The position numbers were made by a program, and so were the translations under genes. 64,000 bases of DNA. Origin: an uncultured Chloroflexia bacterium. GTDB lineage: Bacteria; Chloroflexota; Anaerolineae; Anaerolineales; Anaerolineaceae. The number at the start of each line of letters is the position of its first letter. Within the stretch, counting starts at the first letter, position 1. Of this stretch, positions 30,964 to 40,198 are shown in pieces. The notes beneath the pieces are model-generated. The model was not told where the DNA came from. It was given only the letters and a program-made list of their open reading frames with translations, and searched no databases. The stretch covers positions 19,526 through 83,525 of the forward strand of contig CAVYEQ010000006.1 of NCBI GenBank assembly GCA_963767675.1. The letters are read 5' to 3'.

Positions 30964-31712
30964 GCTGGTGTCCCCACCAGCGATATGGCTCATGAAGGGG
31001 TCAGTGTAACATGGGGACCTGCGGTTATGGTATCACTCTGATCAGGAGACCATGCGTGAACAAGAAAAGCAGGTAGGGGTGAGGCACGCCTCGCCAAAAT
31101 GTATTTTTGAGTTGGAGTGAGGGTCCTGTCTGAAGCGTAGCGTAACTCCTCAGGTGCAGATGCTGGAACGAAGCGGAACCCACAATCTGTAGAGTTGGGG
31201 GCTAATGGCGTGAGGGTTCAACCCGCAAAAACAGTGACAATCTGGAGACCTGCGGTCACGAAGTCACCCTGGTCCTTACAGGAGGCTACGCACTCAGGAG
31301 ACCATGGGTGAACAAGGGAATTGGGTAGGGGTGAGGCACGCCTCGCCAAAAAGTGTTTTAAGTTGGAGTGCGGGTCGTGTCCTGAGCCGATAAGGCGTGA
31401 GGGTTCAACCCGCAAAAACAGCGATAAGATGGAGACCTGCGATCACGAAGTCACCCTGGTCCTTACAGGAGGCTACGCACTCAGGAGACCAAGGGTGAAC
31501 AAGAGAAGCGGGTAGGGACAAGTCACGCCTCGCCAAATATCCTTAGGTTGGAGTGCGGGTCGTGTCCTGAGCCGATAAGGCGTGAGGGTTAACCCGCTAA
31601 AACAGCGATAATCTTGAGACCTGCGGTCATGGCATCACCATGGTCCTTCAGGAGGCTACGCACTCAGGAGACCATGGGTGAACAGAGATTGCTTCTCTAC
31701 GTTCGCAATGAC
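30964..31712. repeat. Tandem array of about 3.5 composite REP units (period ~185-230 bp)
   Basis: Units start at 31013, 31244, 31431, 31615; modules GAGACCTGCGGTC, TGGTC(21 nt)AGGAGACCA, GTAGGGGTGAGGCACGCCTCGCC, GTTGGAGTGCGGG...AACCCGC. Confidence 0.9.
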
Positions 31713-31745
31713 AAAAATTGTATAGTTGGGTGCGCACCAAAAACG

Positions 31746-32582
31746 CTATTCCACCCCAAACGGCCCAATTAGCTGGATGAACCTGAACTTGGTGATTTTC
31801 TTCTGGATTTTTTTATACCGTTTAAACCCCCGTTTTTCCTTATAATATCCCAGGAAGGGCAGGATATCTTCTTTTCTCTGAGCATGAAAACCCCGTGATA
31901 GCGCCTTCATCAGCTTGAAGATATTACCGGTGGACGTGCTGCCTTTATGGATGATGAACACAGCAAATTCGTCATTAACGATCAGGGGGCGGTGGTGCTT
32001 GAACAACTTCAGCCACAGCGTATATTCGACTGGGATGGCCTTCGTCTGGTTAAACCCGCCATATTCATGCAGAGCTTCTGTTCTCATAAAAGTGTTTTCA
32101 TGAGAGATGAAGTTCGTGATCGAGAGGGCGATCTCAAGATTAGGCTTCAAAAGGATTGTCTGGGGAAGGACAAGCCTTCTCCCTTTCCAGTCGATGAGGA
32201 AATTCCCCGTTAGCCACACAATTTCCGGGTTTTCACTGAAATATCTGGCAGCCTTTTGAAGTGAAAATTTATCTATATAGTAATCATCTGAGTGAAGGAA
32301 ATGGATAATCTCACCTGTGGCCTGTTTTGCTGCCACGTTTAACGCATTTCCCACACCTTTTGGTTCGCAGTGGATCAGCTTGATCGGGTAGCGGGTGCCG
32401 TTCCGATCTATATAATCCTGAATGATCGCCAATGTGGCATCATTCGAATAGGAATCGTTGATGATATGTTCGATATGCGTATAGGTCTGATTCTCAACGC
32501 TTTCCAGAGCTTTCTCCAGGAACTTCTCACTGTTGAAAGTACAGGTGATAACGCTGATCTTCGGTTGATTTAATTCATTCAT
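31746..32582 (-). CDS. Family 2 glycosyltransferase
   Basis: ISVITCTFNS, DSYSNDAT, FLHSDD. Confidence 0.9.
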   Translation of the reverse strand: MNELNQPKISVITCTFNSEKFLEKALESVENQTYTHIEHIINDSYSNDATLAIIQDYIDRNGTRYPIKLIHCEPKGVGNALNVAAKQATGEIIHFLHSDDYYIDKFSLQKAARYFSENPEIVWLTGNFLIDWKGRRLVLPQTILLKPNLEIALSITNFISHENTFMRTEALHEYGGFNQTKAIPVEYTLWLKLFKHHRPLIVNDEFAVFIIHKGSTSTGNIFKLMKALSRGFHAQRKEDILPFLGYYKEKRGFKRYKKIQKKITKFRFIQLIGPFGVE

Positions 32583-32726
32583 TTTATTCGTCCTGCAAAT
32601 GCATAAAATCACTTTCACGCTAAATTGGTCAAAGAAAACAGAGGCTTTGGTTTTTTCAGTGGTGAGGGTGATTTTTACTTCTTTTACTATAACACATTTA
32701 GCTGAATTGCGATACGATTTATTTTG

Positions 32727-32755
32727 GTAGGGTGCGTACCGCAGTTGTACGCACC
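32727..32755 (+). repeat. GTAG REP GTAGGGTGCGTAC...GTACGCACC
   Basis: Hairpin related to copies at 27048, 27195, 33774, 35600, 45576, 48334. Confidence 0.75.
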
Positions 32756-32812
32756 GGCCTTTCCACCTGTTATTGATGGTGCGTACCAAATCGTATATAC
32801 TGAAAGACACCA

Positions 32813-33604
32813 ATGAATAGTTTAATTTTAGCCAAAAAGATCGCCAATAATTTTTCGAAAATCCCGGAGGTTGAAGCCGTTGCTCTTGGTGGGTCTCAAG
32901 CCACCGGCGTATTGGATCAACATTCGGACATTGACCTATATATCTATTCAAAACAAGTCGTGCCATTGGATAAGCGCCAGGTGATTGTCGAACAACTTGG
33001 GGCAAGCAGAGCGGATATGAACCTCACCTTTTGGGATCCAGGCGATGAGTGGTTTGATCTTGAGACGGGGATCGAAGTGGATGTGATGCATTGGAGCCCG
33101 GCCTGGATCGAAGAGCAGCTTGAACGGGTGCTCGTCAAACACCAGGCCAGTATGGGATACACGACCTGCCATTGGCGAACGGTGAAGAATTCGCAGATCC
33201 TTTATGACCGGGATGGCTGGTTCGCAAAGCTGCAGGAAAAGTGCAGGCAGCCCTATCCAGAACAACTCAAACGTGCGATCATCACGAAAAACCATCCTGT
33301 TTTGAGAAACGTTATTCCTTCCTATTTCGGCCAGATCAAGAAAGCCCTTGAGCGAAATGATTTGATCAGCGTCAATCACCGTCTGGCAGCCTTGTTTGCG
33401 AGCTTCTTTGATGTCCTTTTTGCGCTGAACGAAGTCCTCAACCCAGGCGAGAAGAAAATCCTCAGGTTTGTGAAAGCTGAATGCAGGTTAGCGCCTGAGA
33501 ACCTTGACGAGAAGGTCGTCAACATCCTTCAATTAGCCGGGATCGGGGATGGGATTGTCTTGAACGCCCTGGATGCCTTATTGGATGAATTAAGCGGATA
33601 TTAA
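32813..33604 (+). CDS. Nucleotidyltransferase domain protein (DUF4037-like)
   Basis: LGGSQATG..D..SDIDL; PYPEQL; NPGEK. Confidence 0.85.
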   Translation: MNSLILAKKIANNFSKIPEVEAVALGGSQATGVLDQHSDIDLYIYSKQVVPLDKRQVIVEQLGASRADMNLTFWDPGDEWFDLETGIEVDVMHWSPAWIEEQLERVLVKHQASMGYTTCHWRTVKNSQILYDRDGWFAKLQEKCRQPYPEQLKRAIITKNHPVLRNVIPSYFGQIKKALERNDLISVNHRLAALFASFFDVLFALNEVLNPGEKKILRFVKAECRLAPENLDEKVVNILQLAGIGDGIVLNALDALLDELSGY

Positions 33605-33653
33605 ACGCAGAAGGCTTCGCCCCGGATCAGACCTTATCTCTCAAGTAAAGATA

Positions 33654-33898
33654 GTAGGTTCTGCACTTAGCCTGAAGCACCCTCTTTGGGGATCAAGTGT
33701 ATGGACGGTTTGAAATCCCTGAAGCGCAGCGGAATGGGACAGGAGAACCGTGCATAGCATGCATGACAAAGTGGTAGATTGCGCAGGGAAGTTCTGCGCA
33801 CCATATTGACTTTACATTATAATGAGAATAGGTTCTCAAAATCGCCATTTCATCATCGCACAACACATGTAGGTCATACACTGCGGAGCATGCATGAC
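33654..33898 (+). repeat. REP cluster: expanded and minimal GTAGGTCATGCA...TGCATGAC forms plus a GTAG-TGCGCAG hairpin
   Basis: 33654-33767 expanded; 33774 hairpin; 33869-33898 minimal. Confidence 0.8.
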
Positions 33899-33913
33899 AA
33901 GAATCAATTAATA

Positions 33914-34538
33914 ATGTCGAGGGTTGTTCAACAGGTCAGCGCCGGTGGCGAGCACACCTGCGGCATCAAAGGGGACGGTACACTGGCTTGCTGGGGTTAT
34001 GATTATGACGGACAGGCAACCCCACCTGGGGGGACCTTCCAACAGGTCAGCGCTGGCGGGTCTCACACCTGCGGTATCAAAGGAGACAGGCACCCTGGCT
34101 TGCTGGGGTGATGATGGTGACGGTCAGGCAACCCCGCCCAGCGATGGTTTTTTGCTGCCTCAGGTCAGCGCGGGGGGTTGGCACACCTGCGGGATCAAAG
34201 GGGACGGCACCGTGGCGTGCTGGGGTGATGATGCTGACGGTCAGGCAACCCCGCCCGGGGGAATCTTCCAACAGGTCACCGCGGGAGGCGAGCACAATTG
34301 CGGGATCAAAGGGGATGGCACCTGGCTTGCTGGGGTAATGATGATTATGGTCAGGTTAACCCCACCTGGGGGGACCTTCCAACAGGTCAGCGCGGGTGGT
34401 TGGCACACCTGCGGTATCAAAGGGGACGGCACCCTAGCTTGCTGGGGGAATAATGCCGCTGGTCACGCGCTAGTGGTTAAGTCTTTTTCGGCGTGGGTGA
34501 GTAGCTATCCCATAAAATCGCTGCCTCACCTGTCATAA
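33914..34538 (+). pseudogene. RCC1/BLIP-II repeat gene fragment with several frameshifts
   Basis: About five ~110-bp repeats encoding QVSAGGxHTCGIKGDGTxACWG...GQATPP; no convincing N-terminus. Confidence 0.78.
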
Positions 34539-34726
34539 TGTGTGAAGGTATGAAATTGTAACAGAACAAGCCGAGTTGTAAACTATTTACGGTTTTCAGA
34601 AACTGTCGCCCAGGCTGTGTCAAGTATGCCCCTTGTTCATCCTTGGTTAAAAGGATATAGCAAGCCATCGCATATATCTTCAACTAGTATCAACAGGAAC
34701 CTGTTAAATTCGGACATAGGAGCACC

Positions 34727-35593
34727 ATGAAAAAAAGATCATCAGCAGTTTTTTTATTCCTTTTCACCTTCATCCTTCTTACCCTAAGCGGCTGCAACCT
34801 GCCATCTGCAGAGCAGGATACCTTTCAGACCAGCGTTGCTGGGACGGTCGCTGCCGATAACGCTGCGATACCGTCTGCGGAACCAGTGGATATCAATCTG
34901 CCTCCTCCGGGATTACCCAGCCCAACCCTGACGGCCACCCTAGGCACGACCCTCACCCTCAGCCCCACGATTACTCTCAGCCCAACAATAACACTCACCA
35001 ACACCCAGGAATCGCCCATGGTGAGTGTCAGCACAAACACCAACTGCCGCACAGGTCCGGGCACCATCTATGATATCGTTGGTGCTTTGTTGGTAGGTGA
35101 ACAGGCCGAGGTGGTTGGCAAGGGAGAGTTTGGGAACTACTGGATCATCAAGAACCCCGATGGTTCAGGTGAATGCTGGCTGTGGTCGAATTATGCGACC
35201 GTCACAGGACCAACCGATAGTTTATTGGTTTACACACCGCCCCCAACGCCAACGCCGGCTTTTAGATGGGCGGGCGTGTGGTCTATCATGATTGGTCCGG
35301 CAGAAGGCGGGTTTCATACAAGCCATTCCATGAACATTGTGGTTAACGGGAGAGAATTTACGGCAAGTGTTGATTTTAGTGGTGTGGTTATCACATACAA
35401 CGGCACGATCAGTGATGACTTTCTTTCGGTGAGCGGTAACTGGCAGGAAAATGTGGATGAAACCGGATCGTTCAGATTATATGCCAATGGGGTAAACCAG
35501 TTCCAGGGAAACTATTCTGATGGTGGTGCCTTTGCGCTGTGTGGCACAAGGAGCGGTTTTGGTTTCCCGCCATCACCTTGCTACCGGCCGTAA
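34727..35593 (+). CDS. Lipoprotein with Pro/Thr linker and SH3b domain (paralog 1)
   Basis: LSGC lipobox; TNCRTGPGTIY...ECWLW. Confidence 0.87.
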   Translation: MKKRSSAVFLFLFTFILLTLSGCNLPSAEQDTFQTSVAGTVAADNAAIPSAEPVDINLPPPGLPSPTLTATLGTTLTLSPTITLSPTITLTNTQESPMVSVSTNTNCRTGPGTIYDIVGALLVGEQAEVVGKGEFGNYWIIKNPDGSGECWLWSNYATVTGPTDSLLVYTPPPTPTPAFRWAGVWSIMIGPAEGGFHTSHSMNIVVNGREFTASVDFSGVVITYNGTISDDFLSVSGNWQENVDETGSFRLYANGVNQFQGNYSDGGAFALCGTRSGFGFPPSPCYRP

Positions 35594-35599
35594 GTGGTC

Positions 35600-35776
35600 G
35601 TAGGGTGCGCAGGGAAGTTCTGCGCATCGAAAGAAAAGAATTATAATTTAACCTGGTTCTCAATCTCGTTATCCCATTGTCGCAAACATAAGTAGGTCAT
35701 GCACTTAGTCCGAAGCACCCTCAAGGTGCATCAGACGTACGCACGGTTCAGGAGAACCGTGCGAAGCATGCATGAC
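35600..35776 (+). repeat. REP cluster homologous to 33774-33898, with an expanded second palindrome
   Basis: GTAGGGTGCGCAGGGAAGTTCTGCGCA; GTAGGTCATGCACT[55 nt]GCGAAGCATGCATGAC. Confidence 0.8.
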
Positions 35777-35809
35777 ATGAATCAGATTTTTATAATTTGG
35801 AGGGCCTTT

Positions 35810-36655
35810 ATGAAAATCAAAGCATCAGCTTTTATCCTTCTAATAACACTCATCCTTTTGTCCTTAACTGCCTGCAACCTGCCATCTGCTGAGCAGAACA
35901 TCTTTCAAACCCGAGTCGCCGAGACTGTAGAAGCCGAAAATGCTGCGATACCATCCGCAGAGCCGGTAGATATCAATCTGCCTCCCCCGGCATTACCCAG
36001 CTCAACCACGACGATGACGCTCAGCCCCACGATTACACTCAGCCCAACCATCACCCTCACCTCCACACTGGAATCACCAATGGTGAGTGTCAGCACCAAC
36101 ACCAACTGCCGCACAGGTCCGGGCACGATCTATGATATTGTTGGGGCTCTGATGGTAGGAGAGCAAGCGGAGGTGGTGGGCAGGGGAGAGTTCGGAAATT
36201 ACTGGATCATCAAGAATCCCGACGGTTCAGGTGAATGCTGGCTGTGGTCAAACTATGCGACAGTGACCGGTCCGACCGATGGCCTGACGGTTTACACGCC
36301 GCCCCCCACGCCAACACCTGCTTTTGTTTGGGCTGGAATCTGGGCAGTTGCAGTCGGCCCAGCGGAAGGCGGCATGTATCATGAGTATGCCATGACCGTA
36401 ACAACCGATGGTAAAGAATTCACCGGCAGTGTTGATATGGCAGGGACTTTGATCTCCTACAACGGCACGATCAGCGATGATTATCTGTCGGTGAGTGGAA
36501 CCTGGATGGAAGATCCAACCGAAACTGGGTCGTTTAAATTCTATGCCCTTGCTACGAACCAATTTAACGGAAACCAAATTGATGGCGATTATACAATGGG
36601 GATTTGTGGGACTTGGGATGGTCTCGGGTTCCCCGTGCTCTGCTACCAGCCTTAA
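35810..36655 (+). CDS. Lipoprotein with SH3b domain (paralog 2)
   Basis: LTAC lipobox; SH3 domain nearly identical to paralog 1. Confidence 0.87.
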   Translation: MKIKASAFILLITLILLSLTACNLPSAEQNIFQTRVAETVEAENAAIPSAEPVDINLPPPALPSSTTTMTLSPTITLSPTITLTSTLESPMVSVSTNTNCRTGPGTIYDIVGALMVGEQAEVVGRGEFGNYWIIKNPDGSGECWLWSNYATVTGPTDGLTVYTPPPTPTPAFVWAGIWAVAVGPAEGGMYHEYAMTVTTDGKEFTGSVDMAGTLISYNGTISDDYLSVSGTWMEDPTETGSFKFYALATNQFNGNQIDGDYTMGICGTWDGLGFPVLCYQP

Positions 36656-36756
36656 AAGTAGCAATGGAAGTTTGTCTCACAATCACACAGCAGGATTGAG
36701 AATGTTCAGTCCTTGATCCATATTAATCACCATTATAGATAATTGGAGGATGAGAC

Positions 36757-36951
36757 ATGCAAAAATGGGAGTACATGTGGACTGTCATTCCAGGCAGCCT
36801 GAAGAAGATCAAGGTGTCCGGTCAAAAAATCCCGGCGCAAGATTATGTTAATGCATTTGGACTGGAGGGGTGGGAACTGGTTTCCGTAGAACAAAGCTTT
36901 CCGGGATCTGGGTTGAGTGACTATATTCTGTTTTTCAAAAGGCCTCTTTAG
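36757..36951 (+). CDS. DUF4177-family small protein
   Basis: KWEY...NAFGLEGWELVSV...FKRP; RBS GGAGG. Confidence 0.85.
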   Translation: MQKWEYMWTVIPGSLKKIKVSGQKIPAQDYVNAFGLEGWELVSVEQSFPGSGLSDYILFFKRPL

Positions 36952-36988
36952 GTAGCTTGGCAGAACCAAAAATGAATAACAGGAAAAT

Positions 36989-37445
36989 GTAGCGGCACGG
37001 CATGCCGTGCCTGTTTGATGAATTTAGAAATTGTTCTAATTAGTGTTGATTGGACTGGTGTCCTCACCGCGAAGCGTCCTGTCTGTGAAACGTCCTGTAA
37101 GGAAAGGAGTGCGCAGCCTCCTGTCTGGGAAGCGTCCCCGATATCGCAGGGTCCATATCGTTTTGTTTATTATTTTTCTCGATTGAGCTGGTGTCCTCAC
37201 CGCGAAGCGTCCTGTCTGTGAAACGTCCTGTAAGGAAAGGAATGCGTAGCCTCCTTTTCGGACCAGCGAGTGCAGTTAGGGCACCAGCGAAAAGGTGGAG
37301 ACCTGAGGTCACATCGTGGGCCGGCGGTTCATGCCGCCCGGGACTGCGCTGATGTGCCTTGCTCGAAGAGCACTCTTTGAGTGATCCCTCTCCAGCTTCG
37401 CATACGGGGACAGGTGGCACTCAGCTTGTCAGAAGACCATGTGTG
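36989..37445. repeat. REP cluster with two stacks of nested 21-nt units
   Basis: Direct repeats at 37054 and 37187; 63-nt (3x21) insert in GCTGGTGTCCTCA|CCAGC; TGCTCGAAGAGCACTCTTTGAGTGATCCC at ~37360. Confidence 0.88.
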
Positions 37446-37627
37446 AACAGAAGTTCAAAGGTAATGAAGCTTATGGAGATGGGACAAATTCTGGAATGTG
37501 CGGAACAAGAGGTGGTGTTGAACCCGCCTCACCTTGCTGCCGATCATAGAAAAGTAGGGTGAATAAAGGTCCTGCTTGATAGTAGAGTGGAACACCAATG
37601 GTGCAGAGTATGGAAAACTTGAATGTG

Positions 37628-37672
37628 CGAATAATAACCCAACTGCTCAGTAATGGGTTGGGTTATTATTCG
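37628..37672. terminator. 16-bp-stem hairpin, probable terminator
   Basis: CGAATAATAACCCAAC...GTTGGGTTATTATTCG. Confidence 0.7.
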
Positions 37673-37705
37673 ATCAAGATAAAGGATTGAATGCAGATCG
37701 TCCTG

Positions 37706-38933
37706 CTAATTGACAAACTGTTGATCGATCTTTTCTTTGATTGCCTGAATGACAATGGGGTCATCATTCCAGGCACCAAGATTCAAGATCGGGAAGCCTT
37801 CCGGTGTGTCCGCTTCATGAACCAGCTCAGGGACATCATACTGGCTGTGTATTGAATCAGCACTGATCGCAGCGGAGAAAAACACGATCTTTTCAACACC
37901 GTTTTCGATAAACTCTTCCACTTTCACAGCAGGTTTGGGCTCTTTGAATTCCATCCAGGCTAAACTTAAGTTTTCCGGATTATAACCTGCGTTTTCAAGA
38001 TCATTGAGCACATCCATTCGGAAACCAATTTCCTGTTCCGTTTCAGTACCCCATTCCACATCCCATTCATCAGGCTGTCCATGCCCAACCAGCAGCACAC
38101 CGACCTTGTCTTTGGGGGTGTTCCCGATGTTCTCTGCTGCGCGCTGGATGAACATGCTTCGCAGCATATCGGAGTCGTACATGGGACCGGTGTAGGAAAT
38201 GGTGGCGCCGTATTCTTCAACATTCAGCTCTTTGATCAGTTCTTCGCCTTCAGCAGTGTGGTTCGAAATGGTCAGGAAGACTTCGCTCACGATGATATGG
38301 CTGGCGCCATCATTCAAAGCCTGGATCACGGCGGCGTCCGGCCTGGGATCATCATCCAGGAAGCTGATATAAAACATGGTTGTTTCATCCCCTTCCAGGC
38401 GGTAAGCCTCTTCTAGGCTTTGCAGCATTTGCATATGCATCTGGCGGTGGTGGCTTGATCCGACTTCGAGGTAGGCATTCCGCAGCTGATAAACAAATAG
38501 CGGCCTGGCAATCAGCGGGACAAAGGGGATATCCTGCTTATCGAACTCGTTGAATTGATTGATCCAACCGATTGGATTATAGGTTTCCGGTTCGCCGTGC
38601 GTGAAATAGACCACGGCGGTATGCCCATCACCTGGATCGCCTTTCTCTCGGGTCAGTTCTGGAACCTCACGGTCGTCGCCAGCTGCCAGGAACAGGCGAG
38701 TATTGATCAGGTAGCTCCCCAAAAAAGTGACCAGAACGAGGAGGATAGCCAGGGGCACTTTCCACTTCCCCTTAAACGCCAGCACAATTGAAGATGACGA
38801 TTCCCACACCGACCAGGGTGCTGAGGAGCAAGAACAGGTTCATTTGCAGCGGATGAACCGTCAGGAACTCGATCACCAGGTAACCCAACAGCGCCCCAAA
38901 AACAGCGAGTACCACCCATTTGATATATTTCAT
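37706..38933 (-). CDS. Membrane-anchored class II chelatase-like (ferrochelatase/CbiX fold) protein; frameshift near 38820
   Basis: Three N-terminal TM segments; YFTHGEP, LLVGHGQP, MEFKEP, ADSIHSQYDVP, WNDDP. Confidence 0.72.
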
Positions 38934-39272
38934 AAGATTTCCTTTCAAATAAAATAAATTTATTACGATATGTGATAATAAGACTATACAAAATTTCTGT
39001 ACACAAAGCAATACAATGTACAGGCATCAGATCGTGATGGGTTGTTTATTCGGCTGTGCCAGTTAAATTCTGAATAACCCCAGATGTTTTATAATTAAGA
39101 ATGATCTCATATTTAGGTTGGTTGGTTTGATTTAGTTTTTTCAAGCGGGATCTGCAGGTGATCCCGCCGAATTCAGTCATATTCCTCATGAATTACAATA
39201 ACACTATCGCACCGCCTGGCTATCGCAAGCTGTATGCGATACAAAGGAAAGATGCTGAAAGGCAGGGAATAA

Positions 39273-39912
39273 ATGAGCTTCATGAGCAAACTTCTCAAAC
39301 AATGCCGCAAACCAAATGGGTTGTTTGGCAGGATGGTTGCCGGGGCATGAACCGTAACCATGCCCGGATGAACGCAGTGGGGCATGGAGCAAAATCCCCC
39401 TCAAAGAGGATATGATCGCTCTTGATATTGGGTGCGGTGGCGGCGGTAACATCCGCTGGTTGGCCAGCAAGCTGAAGAAAGGGATGGTTTACGGGATCGA
39501 TTATTCCCAGGAAAGCGTTAACATTTCCCGCAAGGTCAACGCGGAACATATCAAAACGGGTAGGGTCATTATCCAAAGCGGAACCGTCTCAGCCCTGCCT
39601 TATGATGATGCCTTTGTTGATCTGGTCACGGCAGTTGAGACGCACTACTTCTGGCCGGACCTTTCATCGGACCTTGTAGAGGTCCTGAGGGTGCTGAGGC
39701 CATCTGGGCGTTTCATGATCATCGGTGGGGAGTACAAGGGTGGTAAGTATGATGAGCGCAACGCACCCTGGGTAAAGTATGGGCAGATGACCTATCTGAC
39801 CCTGGATGAACTGGACGATGTCCTGAAACTAGCAGGCTTTGTGGACGTGACCATCCATGAGGAGTATGAAAAAGGGTGGCTGTGTGCAGAGGGACACAAG
39901 CCTGGGGGGTAA
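39273..39912 (+). CDS. Class I SAM-dependent methyltransferase; frameshifts in the 5' part
   Basis: QCRKPNGLFG N-terminus, LDIGCGGG, VETHYFW, RVLRPSG. Confidence 0.85.
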
Positions 39913-40198
39913 GCGTAATTTGCCGCGAATTTAAAACGGCTTCATTAAATATGCTGGAATGATCAAACAATACTGATTCTGAGCCGCTTTTGAGACTGTG
40001 TTTTGTTATTATATTTATAGATAATCATTGCTCCCTCACTGTAATACGAAAAACAATAATCCCAGCAGCTAACCACTCTTATTGCGTCGAACATTAACTC
40101 GTAATAACACTCCAGTCTGCTTAGAGGTCATATCTGTCGATAGGATCAATTTTAAGCTGACAAGATAAAGACATCGTTGCTTCTGTCAGCCCAATGTA

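Noticed and set aside
30964-31712. CRISPR array
   Set aside because: Period about 185 bp, intervening sequences homologous rather than unique, and no cas genes
31746-33005. 419-aa long form of the glycosyltransferase
   Set aside because: The extension overlaps a divergent gene and a REP; the GT2 domain starts at 32582
23570-37445. Integron cassette array
   Set aside because: No integrase, mixed gene orientations, and no attC-type RYYYAAC/GTTRRRY ends
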